NCBI GenBank assembly: GCA_965213685.1
Contig: CBDBZY010000041.1
Span: 448,001-512,000 of the forward strand
Direction of reading: 5' to 3'
Length of the DNA stretch: 64,000 bases
Source: a bacterium
Lineage (GTDB): Bacteria > UBA8248
The translations under genes and the position numbers were made by a program. The notes beneath the pieces are model-generated. The model saw nothing but the letters and a program-made list of their open reading frames with translations, did not search any database and had not been told where the DNA came from. This document shows, piece by piece, positions 14,708 to 31,587 of this stretch (positions within the stretch are counted from its first letter, which is position 1; every line of letters begins with the position of its first letter).

Positions 14708-15534
14708 CAGGGCTGCCAAGTACATTTTTGAAAAATTCTTGAGAATTATTGGTTCAGCACAGCTATATATGTAATAGTTATATCATGGGTCCGAGTTTTG
14801 TAGCCGATTTATTGCACGGGAAAAGCGCGAGGGCGATAGCCCGAGGGCTTTTACGTGCAATAAATCGGCTACAAAACGAGGGCACGTGATATAACTATTT
14901 TATATCCCGTTAATTAACTCGATAGTAACACGACGTATCTGGCGTTATTGCTTAACAACCGACGAATACCTCTCGACGAATGTCTGTAGTCCTGTACATA
15001 AATGACATGCATGCATGTACTACATTACATAGTGCTGTAATCACTTACATTGAAAATACAAGATAACATAAAACCTACAAGATGCATGCCCAGGGGGGGG
15101 GAAATATAAGTAAAGGGTGCAATATCACATTTATTGCACCTAGGAACAACATGGCAACGGGATATAAACTACAGAACTATACTATACTACAGTGACTATT
15201 CTTTGCGGGTACTAATGTTTGTGGATTGGCACAAATTTTGTACGCGCAAACAAAAATTTATTAGCTTATAGTCTTCTCAACGTTACAGTATTTCTCTTGA
15301 CGTGCTTGTTGATCAGAAAATAATTGAATGATTGGTAATCTCACCCACACATAAATATAGAATTGATTCGCCATTCACCATGTATAATATATTTTGAAAC
15401 TGCCTCTGTGAACTGTGTCCAGCTAAACACTCAAAGTCAAATATCAGTGAGATTTCCCAATTTCATAGAGAGATCTTGAGCTTGTGCTCATTTTAGTGAG
15501 ACTCACTGAAAATCAGTGAGACTTGGCAGCCCTG
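14708..15534. mobile_element. Non-autonomous TIR element (hAT-like, 6-bp TSD) containing a nested hairpin element
   Basis: Termini CAGGGCTGCCAAGT / ACTTGGCAGCCCTG, with CAGAGT on both sides. An internal long imperfect palindrome runs aatagttatatca...tgatataactatt at ~14773-14899. Confidence 0.75.
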
Positions 15535-15589
15535 CAGAGTGCTCGCATGTTTGAGTTGAGCTAGGCCAGATTCTGAGGCCAAAGGTCAA

Positions 15590-18500
15590 TGTACTAGCAC
15601 CTTTGCCTGAGAGCTCAGTAGTATGTTGCTTGACAGCTAGCATATTCCAGGGCTCTTCCTAACAGCTAGAACTCTTCCATCCACACCGTTTTCTCTCTGA
15701 CGTCATTCTTATAAAGGCTGTGAACAGCACCTAGGAATGAGGCTATGTCATTCAGATGTTTCTATTATCTCATTTGTGCTGACACAATTTTACGGACCAT
15801 ACCACGTTATCCAAACACATAAGGTAATAATTATTACACACTTCAAGGCCGTAGGAGCTGCAGCGGCCGGGGCGGCCATGGCCGCTGCACATTTTTGCTG
15901 CTTATTAAATATTCATTACCACTTTTGGCGGCTTGGGCGTGGCCAACGAGTCTGCGAACAGTAAACTAAGCTATTGCGGTATCGGCGCTCTGGCTAATAT
16001 CTCCCACGATTGGCAATCATCCTCACCAACCACGCGAATTCAAGTTCCCCAAAAGAAAATTCGGTCGGCAAACGAAAGTGAAGCGGTCGTTCCAAGGTTC
16101 GTGGTTCAACAATGGAGTTGGCTCAAAATACACCTCAGAAGAGCTGAAACTTTTCTGGGGGGGCATGCCCCCAGACCCCCCTAGTAAGTGCGTGCGAATA
16201 TACACAATCATATTTCTATATGCTGCTAATGTAGCCTCGTTCCCACGCTCGATTTCGGTTTTTGTGCGGTCAAATGTCATGCGCGTGCCCCAGAGGGGAG
16301 CCTGGGAACGAGGCTACCGCTAATGGCCTCTCCACTTTTTACTTGCTTCCTACGGGCCTGCACTTGCAATAATGCATTCCTGATCGAGTTAACCTTTCAC
16401 CTGCTCTTGTATCAGGGCAAAGGAAGGATATACTCTAGTGGTGCTATTGCTTGGCACAGGTGTGCAAGCTAATCCCTTGAGACTCAATGTAGAAACAGCC
16501 TCCACACACCACATCACCAGAGTGGCTATATATAGTCATAGATAATAGTATAGTGGCTATATATAATAGAGTGAACGGGTCACGTAGTCTATAATATCTG
16601 TGCTATGGTTCACTTGTCGTGTTAATTGAAACAAAAACTGCCTTCATAGATGAAACTACAGCGCGTGAGGTGAATACTGTAAATTATTGTGCCTAAGAAA
16701 TTGACTGCACCCGCACTCAAGCCTCAGGGCCACGGAGACAGTATAATATAAATATAAATGAAGTTGGATTATCGTTACATGCACAACGCACTCTGAATAC
16801 CGCAAGACTTGCGGGGACACCCCTTCTCTGCCAAAGAAGGCGTGGCTTTGCCTATACGCGTGCGGGAAGGCATGGTTGCGCAAGACTGGTCTTGGTCAAT
16901 TGCACATGGCGGGTGACTATTCAGTCAGCTCTCTGTGTGGCAGCCAGGCGATTCACACACCCACCCATACGAATGTCCGCATGTGTCAGGGTTCAAAGGT
17001 TAATAGGAATGTGACCGGCAGCTAGTTAATTATCAGGGGAATAATATTTCTGCAGTATTATCTCTACCTTGTTTGCATATATATACTTGTTTGACGTCAT
17101 TCCCGTTAGGGAGTGCCCGGAAACCAGACATTCCCTCAGCATTAGTGATGCTTTCCTCACTTCTCCACTACTCCCAAGAGACTCATCTGACGCCACATTC
17201 TCCATGCTATCCAGGCAACTCCATTGGATACCTAATAAGGAAATTAATGCTAATCGTGTTGGTTTGGACACTGTTTCCTACAAATAGGCTATTTTAGGGA
17301 GTGCTATTATTACGTACGAAGAACATTGTAGTACGTATTGGGTACTCAATAAACCACCTCATCATCTCAGCTACACTCTGGAGACTCAGCCTCCCCACAC
17401 TACATGTATATCAGTACACAGCAATAGTCTGGCGGCTATGATCCATCTCATTTTAGGGCAGCGAAGTTAGTCCACATTAATTTTACAAACGTTGAGCACG
17501 TAAGATCATGCATAACACCATCAAAAGCATTCAGATAGTTATTTATATTAAACTGACAATTAAACAGTGTTGTATAATTTCAACTATGATTTAAAACTAA
17601 CAAACACAAGTTACAAGATTTCAATTGATCATAAAGACCTACATTTCCACCATCCTCACAACTTGTGCTAACAACTACCATCAACACAATAGTTATAACA
17701 TATCATATTCCAATCATGCTCATCCACTCTTTATCTTGTATGCAAAGAGAATATTTACCCTCACGTGAGTACACATTTCTGCAAAAACAATTTAAAACCA
17801 ACATGAGGGTTATGTCCTCTCCAGGAGCTTTTCCCATCATCATTCTCTGGAGACGTAATGAAAAGCCTCCACATTCCTCACTATACATTAGTCTAGTAGC
17901 CATGTTTTAACACGTTATACTAGACTTTCTATCATGAGAATTACCTTCAATTTGCTGTGCGTACTATGTTTTCATATCTGTCCTCATAAGCATAGGAATA
18001 CATGTAGTTCTAAGATTGGGGGGCTGTTACAATACAGTAGTTGCTGCAAGTACGGCGCTAAACAGCAGCGACAATAATGGAAGAGTCGATTTAGAGCGCC
18101 ACCGCTGCGACTCCGTAAGGCTAAGTTGCAACTTACACGGCAAAAGAAACGATCTAGCTCATTCTCTCACCTGCCACAATAGGCACGATTTGAAGACACG
18201 GGAAGGTGTAGAGATAAGTTGCTGTCACGTTTCTCAACTGAGGTGCGATATCTGTGACTGCGATCGCCCTTCTTGCATGCAGGAGGCGTCTGGAATCAGA
18301 CTTTGCAATACTAAGGTGCTGATGACCCCTCTTGACGTTCTTGAGGTGCTGCTAGCTAGTCTACCTGAACGCAGCTTTATAGTTAGTTATTCCCTAGTTA
18401 TGACGTCATCCAGAGCGTATATTCAAGTCATCCTCATCACGTATCGCGTTCCACGGGGCTCACCCACACGTCTTCCTCTTCCCACTCAGTCTGCCTCTCA

Positions 18501-20590
18501 TTTTCTCCTCGGACCTCCCTCGCCACTTTCTATAATAAAGGCATGAAGAGCAGAGTCACTCATCTTCTCAGTCTCCCATTCTTCCCACAAAGTATCCTCA
18601 GTTTCACAGTATAGTGTCTGTCCCCCTGCAATGCAAATGTGTGCTGTGTGTGTTTGATTACATACTGTCACACCTAGTACGGGAGTAGGTGTATGTAGAG
18701 ATTGGCCACAGCACTCACATCAAACCTGTACCGTACGAAATGCAGCTTTCACATTTAATATGAAAGCAACATGACTTGTACTAGCACCCTTCGCCTGACA
18801 GCTCAGTAGCATGTTGCTTAAGTTGACAGCTAGCATGTTCCAGGGCTCTCCCTAACAGCTAGGACTCATCCATCCTCACCGTTCTCTCCCTGACGTCATT
18901 CATATTAAGGCTGTTGACAGCACCCAGGAATGAAGCATTTTATGGACCATTCACCAGGTTATCCAAACACATAAGGTACTTATTATTACACCCTTGCAAT
19001 AATGCATTCCTGATTGAGTTAACCTTTCACCTGTTTTCGTGTTAAGGCAAGAGGAAGTATTCATCTGGTTGTACTATTACTAGGCACAGGTGTACAAGCT
19101 AATCCCTTGAGACTCAATGTAGGAACAGCCTCCACACACCACACCACCAGAGTGGCTATAGTCCACTTTTCATGTTAATTAGCTAAGTTTGAAAGGAAGG
19201 CAACCGAAATTCGTAGATGAAACTTAATATTGGTCCCAGAACCTAGGTTTCCGCGAATGCAGATGGAGATTACGTTTGCATATTATCTCCATGTTTGTGG
19301 AAAGGGTGTGAGCATGAGGCCAAGACTAGATGAAACCACAGCACATGAGGTGAAGCAGTAATTACTGTGCATAACAAATTGACCGCACCCACACAATGGC
19401 ATCAGAGCTACAATAACAGATCTACAGACAGTATAATTGCACTCTGGACACTCAGCCTCCACACACTATATCACTACACAGCAATAGTCTGGCAGATATG
19501 ATCCATCTCATTTTAGGGCAGTGAAGTGCACATTAATTAAGCATGTAAGATTGTGCATACCACCATCAATTACATTGCTGTGCATAACAAATTGACTGCA
19601 CCTACACAATGGTGTCAGGGCTACAGAGAGTGTATAGTTTGATGTCAGGTTGACTGGCAGCTAGTTAATTATCAGGGGAATAATATTTCTCCAGTATTAT
19701 CCCTACCTTATTTGCATATATATATACTTGTTTGACGTCATTATTCCCGTTAGGGAGTGCCCGGAAACCAGACATTCCCTCAGCATTGTGATGCTTTCCT
19801 CACTTCTCCACTACTCCCAAGAGACTCATCTCACGCCACATTCTCCATGCTATCCAAGCAACTCCATTGGATACCTAATAAGGAAATTAATGCTAGTCGT
19901 GTTGGTTTGCATTTGTACTGGCACTACCAAACACCAAATAGGCTATTAGTTATTGCATATGAAGAACATTGTAGTACATCTTGGGTACTCAATAAACCAC
20001 CTCATCATTTCAGCTGCACTCTGGACACTCAGACTCCACACACTATATCACTACACAGCAATAGTCTAGTGAATACGGTCTATCTCATTTTAGGGCACCG
20101 AAGTGCACATTTACAAACATTAGATTGTGCATAGCACCATCAATTACATTCAGATAGTTATCAATATTAAACTGACAGTTATTATTAAACAATGGTGCAT
20201 AATTTCAAGTATGATTTCAAAACTTAATGTAGCAAAGTATCAAACAGAAGTCACAAAATTTCAGCTGATGATAAAGACCTACGATTCCACCATTCTCACA
20301 ACATAACTATCATCAACACAATAGTTAAATTAAATGCTATAACATCATATTCCAATCATGCTCATCCACTCTTCATCGTTTATGCAAATAGCATATTTTA
20401 CATTAATAGATTACCCTCACTTGAGTGAGGGTAATCTAACATGATGCATAATATGTACACAATTTATTTATATTACACATTAAATATTTGCAATAACAAA
20501 CAGTGTGCGGGTTATGCACTTTCTAAGTGCTTTTCATTGTTTTTCAATCTCTGCAGACATAATAAAGCCTCCACATTCCTCACTCCACTC
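15590..20590. repeat. Local tandem segmental duplication (~15590-17890 vs ~18775-20590)
   Basis: Collinear similarity, e.g. gacgtcattcccgttagggagtgcccggaaaccagac at 17092 and the near-identical gacgtcattattcccgttagggagtgcccggaaaccagac at 19734. Confidence 0.85.
15844..16360. mobile_element. MITE with CA..TG termini and 5-bp TSD (hAT-like)
   Basis: CAAGGCCGTAGGA ... TCCTACGGGCCTG flanked by CACTT twice. The duplicated block at ~18985 (ttattacacccttgcaat) shows the empty site. Confidence 0.8.
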
Positions 20591-20856
20591 TCCACTGAAC
20601 ACATTATATTACTTGTTTTATGTTTTGGGGACATTCATTAGTGATATGCAGGTGGCATAGTTGAAATACACAGTGCAGTAGCTCCATCACTAATCCCGTG
20701 TGCAAAGTTCTAACCAGCCTCTCCCCCACTAATTCAGTGGGCCCTGGGCCCTGGCTCTCCCCCGTCAAATGACCAAAGATCAACCTCATTCCACCAAACG
20801 ACCAAGGTTAATGAGCAAATCTGCCCTTGGGTACTGGTATTGCTAGTATCTCAGAC

Positions 20857-20946
20857 TAGTCTCGTTCCCAGACCCTCTCACAAAAAAATGGAAGCCCATC
20901 TCCCAGACCCTCCCTCTGTTTTTTTGTGGGAGTGGGAAGGAGACTA
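20857..20946. mobile_element. Tiny AcademH-type MITE
   Basis: TAGTCTCGTTCCCA ... TGGGAAGGAGACTA with near-perfect 9-bp flanks atctcagac/gtctcagac. A shorter version sits at ~25522-25551 in the paralogous block. Confidence 0.6.
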
Positions 20947-21546
20947 GTCTCAGACTTGGTGCAGCTACATGTGAGTACAGTTGCAGTATAACTTTGACTA
21001 ATGAATATTCACCACATGAACATCCACTCAAAATTGCATAACTTCCATGAATCATGATACATAATTATGTAGATAATGACTTCATACAATATCATGACAT
21101 AGCTAGGCAATTAATCAGTTCACCACATCCACTTGAAATTGCATAACTTCCACAATTCAACAATGTGTGCATGCATAAATTGTTCGCCAGTCCAGTGGTT
21201 AAACACAAAGCTTATCCCAGACCGAGGCAGACACCAGGCAGAGGAGCGAGCAGGGTGGATAGGGAGAACACACCTGAGGGAGGGAGGGAGGGAGGGAGGG
21301 AGGGGAGGGAGGGAGGGGAGAGAAGTAGAAACAGGGAAAGGAGAGAGGGAGGAAGGCAATGAGGGAGGGAAGCAAGGAGGGGGAGAGGAGGGAAAGGAGG
21401 GAGGGAGAAGAGAGTGGGAGATAGTAAACTAGGGGGAGGTGGTATCATACGAAATGTACACAGCATGTTTGGCATGGAAACAGAGGAGGTGTTTGTGAGA
21501 ATATTATGGTATGGTGGTCATTCACCTTGCCTTCTCCAGGTTTCTA

Positions 21547-21699
<153 letters not shown>

Positions 21700-22239
21700 C
21701 TATGAAGAGATCGATGCAGAGGCAGAGTACTAAGCTACTGGACTATAACTAGCTACATGTACACCCGAACTGTACTGTTTTATGGAGGCTGGCCAGCGGC
21801 CACTGACCATGTACACATGTGCACTGCACAGTAGCTTGGCCATGATGTGGCTGCCCTGCAGGAGTCTGCCAGCCTTCAGAGAGTGGTGCTGTCTACCTCA
21901 CACTGTGCTCCATGCATGAGGTGAGCCTTCTGCATTGGGGGGAGAGAGGGAGGGAGGGAGGGAGGGAGGGAGGGGGAAAGGGAGGGAGGGAGGGAGGGAG
22001 GGGGAAAGGGAGGGAGGGAGGGAGGGAGGGGGAAAGGGAGGGAGGGAGGGAGGGAGGGAGGAAAGGAGGGAGGAAGGAGGGAGGGAGGGAGAGGGAGGAG
22101 GAAGGAAGGGAGAGACAAAGGGAAGTGGGGTAGGAGGGATTGCTAAAGTATACATGTACATATGTACACGTACATGCACATATACATTGTACATGAATGT
22201 GCAAGAAGGAAGGGAGTGGAGGACATTGTATACGTACAT

Positions 22240-22445
22240 GTACATGATGGAGAGGAGTTACTGGTCGATCCCTAATGGGGTTTTGACGGCACATACAGAG
22301 TGACATTGAGAATTGTAAGGGGTGGCTGTCACCCGGTGGCCATAGCTCAGGTGGTAGAGCACTGACAGCTTAAGTCAGAGGCCCCAGTTCAATCCCAGGT
22401 GGCTGCTGGTCTCTAAAAACATTCCTGAGCCTTTTCATCACGTAC
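22240..22445 (+). mobile_element. tRNA-core SINE-like repeat (further copies at 23440-23610, partial 22705-22800 and 63680-63780, inverted ~62215-62285)
   Basis: The core GGTGGCCATAGCTCAGGTGGTAGAGCACTGACAGC..AAGTCAGAGGCCCC.GTTCAATCC has A- and B-box-like motifs. Copies share a leader catacagagtgacattgagaatt and a tail ending gagccttttcatca. Confidence 0.75.
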
Positions 22446-23169
22446 ATGTACATGACTAGCCATTGTCATACTAGTCCCTAGCCTACCCCTAGCCTTGCCC
22501 CGTCACAAGGCCGTAGGTAAAGGGCCAATATTGAAAGTACGTGCTTGCGATTGTGTTTTAGCCGTTCCCTAGCCTGTACCTAGCCTGTACCTTGCCCCAT
22601 CACACCACTATAACCATAGTCATACTAGTCCCTAGCCTATCCCTAGCCCCTGCCCCGTCACATGACCGTAAGCAAAGAGCAACTATTGAAAGTATGTGCT
22701 TGACATGCTGATGGCTAAAGTCAGAGGCCCCCGGTTCAATCCCAAGTGGCTACCGGTTTTTCGTGGTTCTCTAAATATATTCCCAAGCCTTTCCTCATGT
22801 ATATACATGCACTCTACGTACCTTTGCCTCCTGGTGGTTACCCAGTCTGAAGTGCAGTGCTCCAATGTTGTTCAGTATCTCTGGAGGAATATCCATACCC
22901 ACACTGTCTGTGAGGATGTGCGACGCCTTCTCACCATATCTTCTCGCTTTCTCCCTCTCTCACTTACATCAACCTCTGTGTCCAGTTCTGGCAGACCCAG
23001 CAGTGTCCCTCCCTTCCCCTCCTCACCCATCACCATGGACACCGTCTGAGGCCTCTCCCTGAGAACCAGTTAGCAGCAGTCACCTACATGATCAAATCTT
23101 GTACATGTATATGCAAAGGAAGGCAAGACAAGGTAAGGCATAGTCCGAAGGCAGACAGTGAAAAAAAAA

Positions 23170-23262
23170 CACTGAGCTGCCTCGGACAGGATGTGAACCC
23201 GTGACCACTGGGTTACTAGTCCAGTGCTCTGCCAACTGAGCTACTGAGGCAGCTCAGCTGGC
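23170..23262 (-). mobile_element. Second tRNA-derived (Thr-AGT-like) SINE head
   Basis: The minus strand reads gctgcctcagtagctcagttggcagagcactggactAGTaacccagtggtcacgggttcacatcctgtccgaggcagc. The T-loop and acceptor stem are imperfect, so a SINE or pseudo-tRNA is more likely than a gene. Confidence 0.6.
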
Positions 23263-23659
23263 TGGGTTCAAATCTAATGTAGGCAAGGTAAGGCAAACAA
23301 GGAAACACATAAGGCAAACAAGGAACGTATACAGCACGTCCAGCCTGATAAACAGGCTAACCCAAACTACATGTAACTTCATACAACAACATGAAATTCA
23401 AACCACGAGTGGACTGATCCTAACACTGCTCATGGTCACATACAGAGTGATATTGAGAATTTTGAAGGCTGGCTGTCACCCGGTGGCCATAGCTCAGGTG
23501 GTAGAGCACTGACAGCCTAAGTCAGACGCCCTCAGTTCAATCCTGGGTGGCTGCCGGTTTTTCACAAATTCTTTAAAAATAGTCCTATATAAGCCTTTTC
23601 ATCATGTACATGTAGTACATGCAAACATGTCCATACGTACAGTACATGTACTACCCCCC

Positions 23660-25318
<1,659 letters not shown>

Positions 25319-27489
25319 TTTGGTTCTAATTCTGTGCGCAAAGTATTCTAACCATGCAGTCCCCCCCCCCCCCCCCCTCTCACTAATTCAGTGTGCCCTG
25401 GGCCCTGGCCCTTGCTCTGTCAAATATGACCAAACATCATGTAACCTCATATATCCCATCAAACCAGCAAGGTTAATGAGAAAATCTGCCCTCGGGTACT
25501 GGTATTGCTAGTATCTCAGACTAGTCTCGTTTCGGTCTGGGAACGAGACTAGTCTCAGACTTAATTGGTGCAGCTACATGTAAGTGAGTACAGTACGTTG
25601 CACTATAGGCAAACAATTTGACTAATGAATGTTCACCGCATGAACATCCACTTAAAACTGTGTAACTTCCACGATTCAAGATAGATAATGGCTTACATGT
25701 ATATATGTGCACCATGAAAGATCTTTGCCCCATATCTGGTTGGGCATGTGGACCATCTGCCTTTCATTCTGAGTTTTATTCTTACATGACATTGTGTAGG
25801 CTTGCTGCTTTGTTTTTTTAAATAAATTTAATATTTTTCTAAGCTGTTGAGGTAGTTACAGATGTATATTTTTATAAACCAATGAGGTTGTTACATATAC
25901 TTATTTTTCTAAGCCATTGAGACTGTTCTCCAAATATTAAACTCTATTTTTTAAGCCATTGAGGTTGTTGTTAAATTTAGTTTGTTTTATAGTGTGTGAT
26001 TCTTTCTTTCTTCTCTGTTCTCTTCTTTCTTTCATTGTAGCACACTATGCATGTGATTGTTCATGTATGACATAGCTATAAAGGCGAACAATTTGAATGA
26101 TCAACACATCCACCTGAAATTGCATGACTTCCACAAATCGAAATAACGTGCATGTACTAATTATACAAATTGTTCTCCAGTCCAGTGGTTAAACACAAAG
26201 CTTATCCCAGACAGAGGCAGATACCAGGCGGAGGAGCAGGGTGGGTAGGGAGAACATGCCTGAGGGAGGGAGGGAGGGGAGGGGAGGGAGGAAGGGGAGA
26301 GAAGTAGAAACAGGGAAAGGAGAGAGGGAGGAAGGCAATGAGGGAGGGAAGCAAGGAGGGAGGGAGGAGGGAAAGAAGGAGGGAGGGAGGAGAGAGTGGG
26401 AGGGAAGGAAGGAGGGAGAGAGGGAGGAAGGTAGGAGATGATAAACTAGGAAGAAGGGGGGTGGTATCATACACAATGTACACGGCATGTTTGGCATGGG
26501 AACAGAGGAGGTGTTTGTATGGTATGGTGGTCATTCACCTTGCCTTCTCCAGGTTTCTAAGACTCACAAAGACAGCCCCATCCCCAATCCGACAGCATCT
26601 GCAACAGATGAAAGCATAATGTATCATGTCAGGAGCCACCTGAAGAGTGGCGAAGGAGCATACAAGTGCAGTTTATCAAAACATAGCACTACAGTCATAG
26701 TTGAACTGCTGTGGGGCCTCTGGCTGGCCTCCAACAACTTCCGTATTAGGAAGCTTTTGAATCCACACAGCGGTGTGGATATTACATAAGTTATACGCTC
26801 TTTTGCTGCCCTTCGGGTGGCTCATATGTTCCTGAATGTGTAATGTGCATGTACATGTACACTGTACTTGTATATACAAACTTTGGAGTAGAGTAGAAAC
26901 TGAACGGTGTATTGTATCCCCTGGTACTCCTTTGAACCATGTGGTATCAGCATATGTACAATGTACTTACATGTACATGTACAATGTCACGTAGAATGCT
27001 ATGAACACGTTATCCCATGTATGATAATAATTATTACGACACACATGTACACTGTATGTAGGTCACCTAATGTACTTGTACTATTTTGGAAGTGTTGGAG
27101 TTTCCAGCACATGTATGGTATGGCCACAGTGTGTGTGTAGGGCAGCACAGAGTGTCCAAAGCAGTCGTCTGGTCCTCCTCACTGTCTGCATACAGTAGCA
27201 TGCATCTGAAATGAGGTGGAAAGAGGGGGAGGGGGAGGGGCACAGAGGGAGCAAGTAAAATGTAGAGAAGAGGAGGGAGGGAGAAAACCAGGTGCAGAAC
27301 AACAAGTGTGCAGCCACACAAGTGTACATGTACCTTATGCTACAGCTTCACGTGCACTGCTATGAATAAATAGAAAATTTCACTCAGTGTGGCTCCTCCC
27401 CTGATGGAGAGGAGTTACTGGTCGATCCCTAGAGGGATTCTGAAGGCATATACAGAGCCATATACAGAGCATATACAGTTGCCCCTGTC

Positions 27490-28467
27490 ACTCAAGACTC
27501 TGTAGATGGGCAAGTATGAGAGCTAAGGTCCCTAAGTGCCACTGTATAGCACTTCAAGCCCCACCTGACCCTGGATGGAGTGGAGGTACCCTTTGCAGAG
27601 AGTGCAGTGCAGTTCCTAGGTCTCAATGTACAGGTCCTCTACAGCAACACAAGCACAAAGTACCATACTCAACAAGCTACAGCAGATGATGGAGGCAGTT
27701 GATGCCACCCCTGTGACAAGAAAGCAAAAGCTCCTCATCTATAGAGCAGGAATCTTCCCCCAACTAACCTGGCTACTGCTCATCAAGGAGCTACCTTCCA
27801 TCTGGATGGAACAGGAGGTGGATGCATTGGCTATGCGATACCTGAAGAAATGGAGTGGTCTCACAAAGTCTGGAAATACAGCCCTGCTTCACTTGCCCCA
27901 ATTGAAGGGTGGCCTGAACCTCCCACTACCTTCAGCTCTGCACAAATCTCTCCAAGTATCCCGTCAGAGCCACCTGCTAATATCAAAAGACCATTGCGTA
28001 CACCACCTGGCTAGAAGAAACTGAAGCAAGAACTAGCATGCACAAGGATGAAGTTTAGACCAGCAACTATGGTGCAACAGGCTCTTATAGAAAATCCAGA
28101 TCACAAAAGGAAGTCCCTGTCAAGAGCAGCAAAAGCCACGGTCACTAATGCTGTCCATACTGCGCAGTTACAACACTGCAACCATCTGGATGTCAGGTTG
28201 AGGAGGTGCTGGCAAGAAGCTGGAGAGTTGGCTACTAGGCAGGTGTCATCGGCATACTGTAATACATTCGCCTGATGTGAGGCATTGGAAAGGTGGTACC
28301 CAAGATCTGCTCTGGACTGCAGTGTGTCCACAAGGGTGTTCATTACAGTGTTGAAAATCACCACGGACAGGGGGTCCCCTTGATATGCTCCTATCTCAAG
28401 AGGGAACATTGGGGTCTCCCATTCTGCTGTGACCACCTTAGCTTGCAGACCAGAGTAGAAAGCATTG
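27490..28467. mobile_element. RLE-type non-LTR retrotransposon RT fragment with an internal inversion
   Basis: Minus strand 28467-28176 gives FYSGLQ...GAYQGDPLSVVIFN...LQYADD...RWLQ. Plus strand ~27505-28175 gives the continuation WASMRAKVPKC...FLG...KQKLLIYRAG...YLKKWSGL...GGLNLP, with frameshifts. Confidence 0.8.
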
Positions 28468-29557
28468 ATTCTCTCTCTCTCTCTCACTCTCTCTCCCTCC
28501 CTCCCTCCCTCCCTTCATCCCTCCCTCCCTCCCTCTCTCTCTCTCTCTTTTCTAGTAATGCCACCCCTCCATACACATGACAAAGAGGCAGTAATCATGT
28601 GAGACACTCTGAGACCATTTACAGAATACATAGCAGTTACATTCTTAGCACAGACCTCTCAACCTCAGACAAACGGCCATGGGGGGCCATGGGATCTGGG
28701 CACGAGACTAAGTTAGGTATATACGATACTAGATGTACAGTAGGTACCGTAGCGCGAGCGTTAGTCTGAGAATCTGAACGGGACTACCTTAGTTTAGTCC
28801 GGCCTCGTATGCGTACCGATGCAGTACGCGGTATACCCAGGCCATGACGCTAGGCCGACCGGATACTTCTCCTTAGTCTGGCTATGCGAGACTAACTTCT
28901 CGTCACAAGCCACGCCTTCTCGGGAAGGCGTGGCTCCGAGAGGCTACGTTACGCGGTACGGCAGGGCATAGCCTCGCTCCCACGCCAAAAATACGTCTTT
29001 CGGCCTGACAACGAGGCTAGGATTGGCCTAGCGCCTAGCGCAGATAGACACTAGGCCATATCCATAATATAGGCTGAGCGCTGGCGTCTGACACACGATG
29101 AAATAACTGAGAATCTGACTTTCCATGTGAAAACAGGACCTTGACGTGAGACCGTGAGAACATACTGTTAGCAGACCGTGTCTTTGCCATCCGAAGAGCG
29201 AAGACTATGCCACGCTCTGACATCCACAGTCCAATTCTTAGTCCAGTCCAGTCCATAGTCCAGTCCAGAGTCCAGGTTTTGCACCAACCCCTATACTCGT
29301 ACCCAGGGGGGTGCGACAACGTCACGTGAGAGGGTAAGAGCGACTTTTGAATATATTAATGAGGCAAATTCTCGTACATTTCAACATTGACGGTTTTCCA
29401 ATTGCTAGTCTGTGGCCGCTGGTGTTACTTGCTGCTCGTCTGAAAAGAACCATCCTTGGTGGAGTTCTTTTCAGGTGAGCACAAACAGCGGCCACGCGTG
29501 GAGAGACTAGCAGTTGGAAAACGGTCAATGGTGAAATGTACGCGAATTTGCCTCATT

Positions 29558-30403
<846 letters not shown>

Positions 30404-31451
30404 ATATTCATCAGTCGCTCTACCTTCTCACGTGACGTTGTACTAGTACACTGGAATTCTTGGAATGTAATATCACACGAAACGGTCGTGTGACATGGCC
30501 ATAAGCGCGTACGCGTGTATGAGGTTGTCGCTCCCCCTTGACCCGTACCAGGTGCCCAGAGTCGAGGAGGTACGACAGCATCACGTGATTTCTTAATGAC
30601 TACTATAATGAGCAGGTTTTGCGTACGTTTTTACAGTGACACAAAAAATGTTCATACAGAAAAGTTTGTCTGCTGAGAACTATAAACAAACTGCGAAGAG
30701 CAAGTACCATTTTTCTTCGCACTAATCAACACTAGTGTTGATTAGTGCGAAGTTAAATTCTGGAGGCTAAAGATGTGTACCAATATTCTGTCCATCCGAT
30801 GGTAATCAGCACCAACACAGCAAAAATGACATTGTTGTTTGAACAAAGACCTTTGTCAAATACGTTATAGGGCTATGATAACGAAAGGTTGTAATTGTGT
30901 ATTAAGTGGGAGGGAGGTATGGACAGGAATACAGATGTGTAACTCACATAACAAAAGTCTTTGCTAAAGCAACAATCTATTTTTTGCAGTGAAGGTTTGG
31001 CCGCAGCAAACGAAGAAGAAAGCTTTGAAGGATGCAGACGTGTTACAATTGAGCACGGATACACAAGAACTAGGTTCTACTACCTCGGGGAAGAACTTCA
31101 GCCGCTTTCGCGAACTAAACCGTGTTCTGAAACATATACTGCAATAATAGAATTGCTCTTTTAACAAAGGCCTTTGTTATGTGAATTGCACATCTGTACT
31201 AGTGTTTACCACACGTTCTACTGTTGCTGGGGGACGATTCAGCCATGTTTCAGGGAGCTAAGGTAGTCCAGTAGGCTGTGTGTGTAATGGCGATTACACT
31301 CTGAGAATGTTAGGAACGTCATCAATGTCGTGTGACGTTCATGTAAGCGCTTACGCGCGTGTGCGCCTGTCGCACCTCCTCTGAACTATACCCAAATAGA
31401 CATCCCTGCGCGATGATATGCCTCGCGCTAAAGCTCTCGGTAATTAGCAAT

Positions 31452-31587
<136 letters not shown>

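Noticed and set aside
22335-23555. Functional tRNA genes
   Set aside because: Acceptor and T stems are mismatched, and the copies are diverged with shared flanks, which fits SINE-type repeats.
27400-27460. Hammerhead ribozyme
   Set aside because: CTGATGG lacks the CUGANGA core and no properly placed GAAA/UH with flanking stems was found.
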